DNA of 64,000 nt from assembly GCF_009834535.1 (NCBI RefSeq), contig NC_045697.1, positions 116,748,001-116,812,000 of the forward strand, written 5' to 3'. Under the pieces are notes generated by a model. The model ran no database searches and was not told where the DNA came from. It was given only the letters and a program-made list of their open reading frames with translations. The position numbers and the translations under genes are program-made. The stretch is from Camelus ferus (lineage: Eukaryota). Positions 53,331 through 64,000 of the stretch are shown piece by piece. Each line of letters begins with the position of its first letter. Position 1 is the first letter of the stretch.

Positions 53331-55199
53331 AAGATGTAAAAACCTAAAGACTGAAAAAAGCACATCACACTGAGGATTCAACTGACACCTATAAGATATA
53401 AAATAGATGGTAGTTTTTTCCTTAGCTCAGGTTTTAAAAATCCATTCATGACAAAATATAGTCATTTCCCAAGACAGGTACAGGGCAGGGGTGGGGGGAA
53501 GGGAGGAGAGAGGAAGCCCAAAGGTAAAAAAAAAAAAAAAAAAAAGTTTATTTTTTTTAACCTAAAGACTATCACAACTAAACCTACACTTCCCTCTGGT
53601 GGTCAAAGATGAAAATGAATTTATAGAGATGAATCAAATGCATGATTATTTAACATACAACAAGAAAACTAAAGGTAAGGCCACCAGATGCCACCCTTTG
53701 TATAAATATTCCATTTTAACCAACTCACCTGACCACATTTAATTATTAAGGCTGAATAACTCCTTTTTTGGTGAGCTCCCGATTCTTCTACACTTTTAAA
53801 CCTCAACGCAAGAGTTGTTAAGTAGTAAACTGTTATTGGCTGACACTACTTACATACTAGGGATTTAGGTGTTCATCTATGTTGCAAATTACGCAGGAAT
53901 GATAAGAAAAGATATTTTCCTTGATTTGTTAGACTACTTCATCTTAAAAAAGTAGACCATGAATTATTTAATGCCTTAACTAATTTTACCATGCATATTT
54001 TATCATGCGCATTAACATGAGTATTTTGGTAACCTAGACACACACTATTATCTTCGAATATCAGGTCATAGACTCTTAACCCAGCAACCAAACCTAGAGT
54101 TCTTAGGTGGTTACAGTATGTAAACCTTAGACTCATAGTGTTGATCCTTAAGGAAAAAAAAAAAGGTGTGTATAATTCATTACAGCTTTAAGAAAGATAA
54201 TGAATTCCAACATTCTATGAAATATTAATTTTTCTGCCTAAAGAAAATTAAAGTTTTCATGTTTTTCTTGGGTGAATGTTAACATCTTCTTGAATAATTT
54301 TATATGGGAGTCAACAGAATTGCTTTTAATTAATGCACTCCTTGAGCCTCAAAGGAAAAAAAACCCAAAAATATATACGTAATTTTATTTGAGCCCTCTT
54401 TATATTCTAATCATAATACACCCTTTCAACTAAGGAGAACATGACAGGAGTTATATTTTACTTTGGTTCTTTCTAATACTTACAGAGGATTTAAGATGGC
54501 TTCCTGTTAGACTCTGTACGTTTTATCTATTGTATTAACTGGATATGAGCTTTAATTAAAAGACAGTGACACAGAGAAATAATAAATTGTCTTGAATTTT
54601 AGTGTCTCAATTTTTTCTCGAATAATCTTCTTTCAATATGAATCCTAAACATGGGATAAGATTTTTAGCACCAAACGAAGCCTTTCGGATTTAGCTTATT
54701 TTCATCCATTCACTAAATATTTATGGTGCAGCTATATTTTATAAAAATGTTGTGTTGGCTCCCCAGATCAGTGAGGGGAAACTACAAAGATAAATCAGAA
54801 ATATATCTTGAGGTTAAGATACTTGCAGTGTTGAGGAGAGATAAGGGTTTAAAGAAAGTGGGACTGTAAACTGGAAATGAAGAAATGCTCCGTGTGTAAG
54901 AGATTTTTGAGAAGTCGGTGTCAAAGAAATGACACCCAGCTGGGTATTTAAGCTGAAATGCAAGCACCTTTTGAGGAATTTGTCAGGCGATGAACTAGAA
55001 AGAGGAGCACATATTTAAAAAAAATTTTTTTTAATAGTAAGTACATGCAAATCCGGAAGAAAAAAAATTCGCATTTTACCAGATCAAAGGAAACAAAATT
55101 TCAACTTACTGAAGATAAAACCACTGCTGAAAAACATTAACACGAGTAATAAAAGAAAGGCCAATGACATGAATGACATGCTATTTTTAGTCTACTGCA

Positions 55200-57150
55200 T
55201 ATGAAGTTTTAAAAGATGCTTTAAACTTCCGATTGGGGAAATTTTCAAACACACACAAATAGCAAATAATTATGTGAAAAACGCCCTGGACGGACCCATC
55301 AACCACCATCCACAGTCATCAGTGAGCGTCCAACTCTGTCCATTAAAAACCCCACTCGCTTAACTCCCCCGTTACCTGTAACAATCCTAGAGATCACTCG
55401 AATTTAAGTTTTTAAATTTTATTTAAATTATTCATAAGTAGTTCAGTCTGAATTCCTAAAAAAAAAGGACTGTTGTTTGTAAAGACAACAAAAATATCAT
55501 TATCAAATCTAAACACACTTGAAGATAGCTTGTTTAGTGAGTTTTCAAATTTCCAGTTGTTTTGTTGTTGAAATCAGGATTGAAATAAGGTCCACCTCCC
55601 ACCATGGTCCGCAGGTCTCTGAAGTTGTTCTAAATCTGTTGCGCCTCCTTTCTCTGTATGTGCAGCTACAGACACACACAAATGTGTACCTACAAGCAGC
55701 TAAATATACAATACGCCCACGTACAGGCAGATACACATGCACACGCCCACAGCAGTTTAAGGAACCAGGTCATCTTTGGTCCTGCGGATTTCCCCTCGCT
55801 TGGTATTTTGCAGATTTATTCCTGTGGTGTCTGTTAGCATGTTCCTCTTTCCCCATCTTGTTTATGCTGATAACTAGAGGGTGTTAGCAAGGAGACTTCG
55901 GGACTGAGGCCTGGGTCCGGGCGCTTGGGGAGGGTTTAAGGAAGTGCGGTTTGCTCTGGGTAGGACGCTGTCAGGAAGCGGGCGCAATTCCACGCCTGGG
56001 TGTCTTTGTGACTTTGTGACCCTGACCTGCGGGGAGGGAAGCCTGGAGAGGGGCCAAAGCAGCCGCAGCCACTCGGCTGGGCCACAAGACGTGCTTGGTG
56101 GCTGGGACTGTGTTTGTGTTTTATCCGCGTTCAGACACGACTGCGGTCTTCCTCTCGATCCATCCTGGCCCCGGACGCCGGCGTGTGATGCTGTGTTGTG
56201 TGAGATTGCTTCTGTTCCACAGAGCGCCAGGGCCCAGCCGAGAGCCCCAGCCCAGCTCCTGGGTAGCAGGGCCGCCTTCCCCACGTCCACTCCCTGCGAC
56301 CCCGCAGGATGTGCCCAAGAGGAGTGACTGCATTTATCCACAGAAGGTCTTGTAAGGGAATGTTCACTGTAGCTGAAGACTGGAAAGAACCCCATGTCCA
56401 TGAACAGGAGTGCAAATAAACCCATCGTGTTATATCCATAAAATGCAACGTGCTACTACTCATTAATATAAAGGAAGACTGCTGATATAGATAGTAAAGT
56501 ACTTGAGTCTCAAACACATTATGAAACAGGTCACTTTTTTAAAAAAATTATTTCAAGATACTTTATTTTATTTCTTTCAGATTCTATACTTTATTGTTTT
56601 ATATAGTTTAGGGTTCACTCTTGGTGGTGTACATTCTTTGGGTTTCGACCAACGTAGAATGACACGTATCAAGAAACTTTATTTTTTTTAAAGGTCATTT
56701 AAAAATTATTTTATGATACTTTATTTTTTAAAAAACAAGTCATTTAAAAATTATTTCAAGATACTTTTTTATAAAACAGGTCATTGTTTAAATCTTGAAA
56801 TATATTTAAAAAATGATCTGTTTCAAACACATTTTGTAGGGAAAAAATCAAATATTGGGGAAACATATTGTATGATTCCATTATATGTATTTTAAGGACA
56901 GGCAAAATTTACATAATAAAGAAAAGTGACTTAGACTAGTGTGTGGGCGGAGGGGGTGGGTGGTGGGTCGTGGTGGGGTAGGAGGTGCAGGGCTGGGGAA
57001 CTGACTGCAAAGAGTGAGGAGGGGAATTTCTTGGATGATGGAAGCAATGCTTTATAACTTGATCTGTGTGATGGTGGCACCAATGTATTACTTTATAAAA
57101 ATTGATCCAAGTCTGCATTTATTGTATGTAAACTGTGCCTCAATAAAGGA
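55200..57150. mobile_element. Mosaic of old L1M 3' fragments (minus ~55200-56000; plus ~56330-56520 and 56860-57150)
   Basis: Degenerate L1 3' UTR phrases such as catattgtatgattccattatatg and tttattgtatgtaaactgtgcctcaataaag. Confidence 0.55.
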
Positions 57151-58094
57151 AATGTAATATTCAATTAAAACTGTCTATTTGGGGAGCCATTATTGTCGTC
57201 TCTCCAGCAGCCCTCGAACCTCCCCTTACTGTGTAGCTGTTAAGAACTCTGGCAGGCAACAACCCCACATGCAATGAGCTCCGGACGTAAGCCAGCTCTG
57301 AACCTAAGAAGACCTCAGCCGATCTTCCTTATTTCAGCGATTCTGGGAGGGTCTAATCAAAGTGGCTGTAGGAAGCGCGCTTCTGTGTCCCAGATGTGAC
57401 TGTAGAGTTTCCTTGGTTGCTTCTAAGGGAAGCCAGCCTGACTCTGCCTCCTGATGTCTGGAGAGAGAGAACTTTGATTGGATGGCACTGGGTCACTACT
57501 TCAGTGGCCTCTGAGGGCAGGAAGATACAGGATGAAGACAGCCCTGTGCAAAAGCAGCTCTTGTAGAACAGGATGAGCTCTGAGGACAGTGGGCTCCCCA
57601 CCAGATTGACAGGTTTGTAATCAATGGCTTGATGCCCCCCTCCCACCAAAACAGGGACTGTAGGACTACGCTCTGCCATACTTGGAAGGAATACTGTGTA
57701 AGTATGTTGATGGTCGTGAAAATATGTCCACGATATATGGAAAGAAAAAAATTGTGCATACAAATTGGCAATCGCAACTCAAGGACAAATAAATGCCATT
57801 AATATAAAAATGTAAAATATATTTAAACCAGAAAAATAGCTTTGTATTATGTTAATTTATTCAAAATGATCAACATAGTTAATGACATTCCAGGTCCAAA
57901 TTAAAATGAATTTTTGTGAGATGTTACAATCCAAGATTTATTTATATTAGCAGCTCAACAATTAAAGAGAGACTCCAGTATCATTTTTAAATTGTACTCA
58001 GAGAGGAATAATAAGTGGTTGTTTGGCTGGGGTGGTGGTAAGGGCAGGAGCGTTTGCCAAGTTCCAGACACTCATGAAAATACAGATTTCCATT

Positions 58095-58270
58095 AATTTG
58101 AACCTCGCAGTAACCACATGAGATGCATGTTACCATTATCCCCAGTTTAGAGATGAGGAATCAGATGTGGGGATTAGGGGAGCACAGGACCTCATCTGAA
58201 GTCACGTAGTTAAAATGAAGAAGAAGTGGGATTTAAGCCCACACAGATCAGCTAGAGGACCCACACGCAT
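58095..58270 (-). mobile_element. MIR SINE
   Basis: ccattatccccagtttagagatgaggaa...gggatttaagcccac. Confidence 0.65.
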
Positions 58271-59290
58271 TCTCCCTCCCAACAGCAGAGTAATGTGCGA
58301 TCTGGTGGCAGTGGGTGAAATTTACACAGCACTATCCTCTTTTTTTTCTATTATTTTAAGAGTTGGGGAACCATCGTGAAATCGTACTAGCATAGTGCCA
58401 TTTCAGCTTTCTTAAAGAAAACTATCATTTTCTGTGACTTTCTTTTATCCAGTGGAAACCACCAGTTAAAACAGGGAAAAAAAAAAGGAAAAAACCAAAA
58501 CCTTTGAACCCAGGTTCAAAGAGGAATTTTAGAAACATATATTTCAGCAAAATAAAGTGTACATCTTAAAGAGTGTGCTGGTCCCTTAAAATTCTCACTG
58601 TGATAAACTAGACCCTGACTTCAGCAACTCTAGAATTTTCCGCCAATTTGGAATAGTACATACATATGTGTGTGTGTATATGTATTGTACACATATTCTC
58701 AAGGGTGGGAATGGATTTTATCTGGAGACTATCACCAGCACTTGGAGCTAAGTAGGGTGGAAGCCGGCAAAATGGGCAACATTAATTTGAAGTAAAAATA
58801 AGTCTGGGCTAAAAATAATGAAACGGCCTTTTTAACATTCAGTGGTCAACTCTGACATTTACTTTCTCTAGCAAAGGATCCAATATCTCTGGATTTGAAT
58901 TCCATCATAACATATCTCCTCCCCACTCCTCCCCCCACATTTTTTGGCGTCTCTCTTCATTAACGAGGGTACTATGTTGCAAATCTGGACGTGCACGCCC
59001 TTCTTTGCACGTGAACTCCACACCATTTTCTAGATTACACGACACGAAATGCAGACTGTGGTAAAGGCAGTGCCATCAGATGGAACGCTGTCCTCTTTCG
59101 TAAACGGTTCTTAAGAAGAATTTTTCATTTGTATACTCGCCCGAAACTCGATTTTCCTTCCTTCTCACATCTCTGAAAAAATCATCGCCTTCCCTAACCC
59201 AAGACTGGTTGTGAACCACTTGCTGGATGAAAACAACTCTGTTCTCCGCATCCTCTCGGGGCGTCCTGGAGAGGCGGTCTCCCAGGTCCC

Positions 59291-59305
59291 GCTGCCACCT
59301 GCTGG
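59291..59305 (-). promoter_or_regulatory. CTCF-like motif
   Basis: Minus strand reads CCAGCAGGTGGCAGC, a close match to the CTCF core. Confidence 0.55.
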
Positions 59306-59316
59306 TCCAGCGGCGC

Positions 59317-59605
<289 letters not shown>

Positions 59606-59859
59606 AAAACGTGAACCAAACACATAAAAAGCACACACTCTCGAGACTGCGAGGGACCTTACGAACCATCTGCTCTGCCACCCGAGTGCTTTCTCGCTCC
59701 CCCTCCACAGAACCTTCCAGATTCTCTTGAAACCCCACCACGCCCTGGTCATCTACCCTCTCAGGAAATGCACGGATGCCCCCACCAGGCATCCGCACGT
59801 GCTGGGGTTAGAAGGGGGTTAAAAGTGTGCCCTTCCTTATTCAGCTAGTCACATAACGC

Positions 59860-60325
59860 GGGGGACAGGAATTCACGAAATAATTACAGACAAGAACGGC
59901 ACGCAGCCAGAGGGGTGCGGATAAGGAAGCGGCCAGGCGTGTTTGTGAGTGTGTGCGCCACACAGGCGTCCTCGCGCGGCGGACGGGAGTCGAGCTGAGC
60001 GCCCAGCTGTAAGTGTCGGTGACCCGGGCGGGGCGTGAAGGCAGCGCGCACGGCTGGGCGTGGCGCGAGGACGCGACGCGCGTTTTGAAAGCCCGCACTT
60101 TGGCAGATGGTGAACAGACAGGAGCGCGCTGCGGCGGATGCGGGGGGACCAAGGAGGAGGCGACCCCCAGTCCTCCTGGGAGGAGACGATGAGTGCAGAC
60201 GGAGAGACAGTCAACCTCAAGGGCAAGGAAGAAACAGGGACGGAGTTTGGCTCCCCCAGCTACCTGTGGTGCCCCGTCTTACAGACGGAACCACGGACCG
60301 CCCCCTCCTCCCCTCCCCCCGCAGC
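59860..60325. promoter_or_regulatory. Intragenic CpG island over the penultimate exon and last intron
   Basis: Very dense CpG and CGCG runs against a CpG-depleted background. Confidence 0.6.
60099..60175 (-). CDS. Penultimate coding exon (77 nt) of the same gene
   Basis: Long pyrimidine tract ending ctcctcccag, donor AAA|gtgcgg. Reads GLGVASSLVPPHPPQRAPVCSPSAK in frame with the terminal exon. Confidence 0.55.
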
Positions 60326-60878
60326 CAGCTCATCTTTAGACTGAAATACCGTCCTGTGTTCAGTAGAAATACTTTATTTCTCGTAAGTTCCATCTCTAGG
60401 GGTGCTGTGGGTCAATTCCGATCTCCCTCCCACAAGATAAACTCTCAAACATTGAGATGTAAGCGTCTTGCTTCCCTGGAGCATCTTTTTTCCTGACCAA
60501 TATTTTCTCTCCTTTGACAAACTATCTTTCATATGGAAGGGTTTCAAGCTTCCTCACGGAGCTGACTGTTCCAGTGAGTGACTGCCAGGGTGTCCACAGA
60601 CCTCTTTACATACAGACCCAGGGCTCTGAGGCAAGTGAAACAGGGTCTCAGTTACAGTGAGACCTCCACATAGTCAAATCACACGATGCTCCTAGTGGCT
60701 TCTGTTAAGATTGACAATTAATATACAGACAGAATGTCAAAAACGGTATATCATCTTTTTTTCATCTTAATAAAGAGAGTGGGTGACTTTGCCTCTATAT
60801 TTGATGACTAGAGTGGTGTTTGTAAGGTGGGTTGGGTCAGTTGAATTGTCTGATACTCTGTCAGTTACCAACACTATC

Positions 60879-60968
60879 AGAAGTCACTTAAGTTCTAGAA
60901 GTCAGACAAGTTCTAGAAGTCACTCAAATTCTAGAAGTCACTCAAGTTCTAGGAGGCACACAGATTCT
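60879..60968. repeat. 18-bp tandem repeat, 5 copies
   Basis: agaagtcacttaagttct / agaagtcagacaagttct / agaagtcactcaaattct / agaagtcactcaagttct / aggaggcacacagattct. Confidence 0.9.
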
Positions 60969-61609
60969 AAACATGAAAGCTCAAAGCCTTGTCAAACACA
61001 AAGCAGCTTATTTACACACACACACACACACACTTGCATGAAGGCTTTAAGGGTCCCTGACATCTTTTTCTAAGTCTAAAGACTACAGCCTTTGCCTAGA
61101 TACCAGTAATGGTGCAGAGTAGACAATAAATGTTTAAAGAATCAGTACACTCTGACAATTACCAAATGTGCTTTGTGAATCAGACAATTCATGCAAATCA
61201 CTGAAATAAGGGGAAAAAACACAATATATGGGGCCTCACTTATCAGCAATTTACAACCTAATTATGTGACCATGTTGTAAGTACTCTATTTTATTGTCTG
61301 TGTAGGCAGAAGAACAATATTCTCAAGAAGTAAATATTTTTCCCTTTTAAGGTTAAGAATCTGCCCAAACTGCCTAGCTTCCTGGAGAAAAGGATTGATT
61401 ATATTTGGGCAAAAGCAATAGTTTTCTTTTGTCAAAGGTGCATGTTTTAGAAAGATCACGGTAACATTCTCCCCAAAGCAAAAATGGTTTAACTTGGATT
61501 CTGGAAACGGCTACTAAGATGAGAAATCATCTCATTCTTTATCTGGGAGTTGCTACTGACCTGTAAATTGTTGTAACAATCCCGTGTGCTGGGATTACTG
61601 TGGACATAC

Positions 61610-61625
61610 CAACTGAAGTGTATTG
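61610..61625 (-). CDS. Candidate 16-nt micro-exon (alternative donor would extend it to 61561)
   Basis: atatttttag|CAATACACTTCAGTTG|gtatgt; phase 0 to 1 fits the next exon. Confidence 0.45.
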
Positions 61626-61825
61626 CTAAAAATATAATGGATATCTAGCTTAAGATAGCTAAATATAAGATTCTAAAGCAAACTTCCCAAAGAGGAACAG
61701 ATGCCAGATAGAAAAGAATGTCAACTAGAGAATTGATGACATTAAAACTAAATAAAATCATGAAACTCCCATACAAAAAGTGCTTGGATCCTGATTAAAT
61801 CATCACGGCTACAGGTCATAGACTT

Positions 61826-62012
61826 CTTTTTTTAATTGAAGTACCGTCAGTTACAAGGTGTCAATTTCTGGTGCACGGCACAATGTCCCAGTCACGCATA
61901 TACATATATTCATTTTCATATTCTTTTCCATTAAAGATTATTACAAGGTATTGAATATAGTTCCCTGTGCTGTACAGAAGAAAATTTTTTAAAATCTGTT
62001 TTTATATATAGT
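61826..62012 (-). mobile_element. Short L1 3' end
   Basis: ttttaattgaagta...tcagttacaa...tattgaatatagttccctgtgct. Confidence 0.8.
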
Positions 62013-63460
62013 GACTTTTAAATATGTTTTTTGAGGACTGCTTCAAGACAGCTACAGGACCTACAAGTCATAAAGATAAATGTTAGCTCTTGTTTTCCTC
62101 TAGGATTTTAGCTTGTTTTTAAGAAAAATAATTTTAAGAATTCTGGGAGGATTTTGGTTTCTGTATTTAGTTGATAACTCCCTCAAACTCGCTGGCATGT
62201 AAAGTATTTAAAACTTTCCTCTAAGTCAGCTGTCAAGAGGCAATTAGGCGTCTGCGCTGAACAATAAGAACCCCCCGGCACCACTTAAGTTTTGTGTGTA
62301 GACAGATTTGTGAGGCTTTTTAACTCCAGAGAGGTCAACACAACTCACTCTGCTTCCAGATTTGCCTTCCCTCTGTTTTTAACATACACACTTGGCCAAA
62401 CGTGAGCACTCACTCTGAAAACTACAAATTGAACTCCACTGGGATTTTATAGGACCCCCACTGCAAGTAATTGGAGAGCACTGCCTGTAACCACAGTGAG
62501 TTGTCCCATCAGGAATATGGTGAGTCTCCCATCTGTTCTGAGTCTTTTATTTTCTGTAGTAGAGATTTTATTAAATCCAGCACATTTCTTGATAATTATT
62601 TTCTTACATTTTTATAATTTGTGTAGGTATTAATAGCATTTATTTTCCTCTTTTTAATTGGTTATTGGTGGTATATTGGAAAGCTATTGATTTACTATTA
62701 TTTATTTATACCTATAATTAAATACGCTATGGTCATTTACTTGTGATTTTCTAAGGTTTTAATATGTTACCCTGGATAATATCCAATTCTTAAATAGAAA
62801 TCATTATCCTTTGTGAGGGAGATGAACTATTTGCAAGGAGATATACACTTTAGGCATGCTTTAGGCAACACTAACCAAAATAAATAAGAAACATGTGCAT
62901 GAAAGTAACTTATGGATCTATAATGTTTTAAATTGTCTTGTACGTTTAAAAACACAAAAATTAAGATCATGAACCAAATATCTTCTAAACAAATTTCTTG
63001 TTCATTTAATCTGAGAATCTTACTTGTATTAACATACTAAGGCTTCATTTAGAGTGAATGAAATGATGTTTTAAATCTAAAATTGAATAATCATTTTAAG
63101 AATTATCCAGGGACAGGGATTCACTTTATGGTCCCAGAGATGAACAACATCAGATCTTAGAAATAGGAATTCTTTGTTCCTTATTGAGACAAAAAATATT
63201 GTCTATGATGCCTATAAATTAGAGGGTCTCTAATTTCTATTGTTTTTAGTAAAAACTATTACAAAATACTATTCACAAAGATTCCTCAACTGAAGACTTT
63301 TTCCCCAAAGGTAGAGGGGGAAAATTGTAAAATAATTGTTCATGAAAATGCACACACACACACATCCTAGAAGTATTTGATAAATGCAATTTTAAATCAC
63401 CACTGTTTACACTTGAGAGGGAAATGGTAGCAGTCCCCTGGTAGCATACTGTTTTCTTAC

Positions 63461-63485
63461 AAAGTTGCTGGTTTGATATGGAGGA
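63461..63485 (-). CDS. Candidate 25-nt micro-exon
   Basis: tttcttttgttggtttcatgcctcccaaag|TCCTCCATATCAAACCAGCAACTTT|gtaaga; reads PPYQTSNF and ends in phase 0. Confidence 0.4.
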
Positions 63486-63792
63486 CTTTGGGAGGCATGA
63501 AACCAACAAAAGAAATCGACTCCCAAATTCCATTTGCCTCAGGGATATTTTAATCTTTGGGATTAAAAAAAAATCTTTCATCTTGTTTATCTACTGTATT
63601 TCACACTAGATAAAATTTCCCTCTTTCATCTTTTATTGGATTATTTAATCAAAATCTATTAAGGGCAAATAAAAGCAACTAAAGCATTTTCCCATGGAGA
63701 TTGGCTGGAGTGGAGAGAAACATGTTAGAAATAATTCTCATTATCTCTAGTATTTTCTTTCCCAGTTAGAGAGGATAACATTTTGAACATCT

Positions 63793-63910
63793 GGAGGGGA
63801 GGGGATAGCTCAGTGGTAGAGTGCATGCCTGGCATGCATGAGGTCCTGGGTTCAATCCCCGGTACCTCCATTAAAAAAATAAATAAACCTAACTACCCAC
63901 CCCTCCAAAC
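63793..63910 (+). mobile_element. tRNA-derived SINE, vic-1-like, with perfect TSD
   Basis: gatagctcagtggtagagtgcatgcctggcatgcatgaggtcctgggttcaatccccggtacctcc; acattttgaacat at 63778-63790 and 63911-63923. Confidence 0.95.
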
Positions 63911-64000
63911 ACATTTTGAACATATGACCCATTAAATTCATTTATGTGTTTTTTGCCCTGGGCTTAGGAGTCACATGCGCTTTTCAGAAAATGACATAAA

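Larger units (their letters stand above)
57835..59316 (-). other. Putative 3' UTR with polyadenylation signal
   Basis: AATAAA on the minus strand at 57856-57861, followed by U-rich sequence. Confidence 0.4.

Noticed and set aside
55874..56517. Overlapping 70-183 aa ORFs
   Set aside because: A GC-rich patch open in several frames among L1 remnants, with no recognisable protein or exon structure.
57393..57612. Exon-like stretch starting DVTVEF (KRAB-A-like)
   Set aside because: The rest of the KRAB motif is absent, there is an in-frame stop, and no zinc-finger exon is nearby.
60879..60968. CRISPR-like array
   Set aside because: Contiguous tandem units without spacers in a mammalian intron; an ordinary minisatellite.
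62414..62460. Extra minus-strand exon candidate (cag...|gtgagt)
   Set aside because: It is open only in a phase that does not fit the chain leading to the transmembrane exon. It cannot be excluded without RNA data.
63793..63870. tRNA-Ala-like gene (also at 21830, 35463 and 59465)
   Set aside because: A and B boxes are present, but the copies carry A-rich tails, some have clear TSDs, and they are mutually diverged. These are SINEs, not tRNA genes.

Overview
Mammalian genomic DNA, very likely camelid: it carries four copies of a tRNA-derived SINE matching the camelid vic-1 family. Much of the window is transposon-derived (L1 of several ages, L2, MIR, MaLR and ERV1 LTRs, hAT and Tigger DNA elements), and almost all ORFs in the supplied track are spurious or L1-derived. 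Three non-repeat items stand out. (1) A heavily decayed, intron-containing pseudogene on the + strand (~60-19360). Its fragments read in order as PXA, PX and Nexin_C (PXC) domains of an SNX19/SNX13-like sorting nexin; it is possibly an anciently lost paralogue. (2) The 3' end of an unidentified minus-strand protein-coding gene (~57835-64000), with two candidate micro-exons and a C-terminal transmembrane tail. (3) An orphan CpG-rich, promoter-like region at ~40.9-41.9 kb. Protein similarities were judged by eye against recalled sequences, not computed. Repeat boundaries and subfamily names are approximate.
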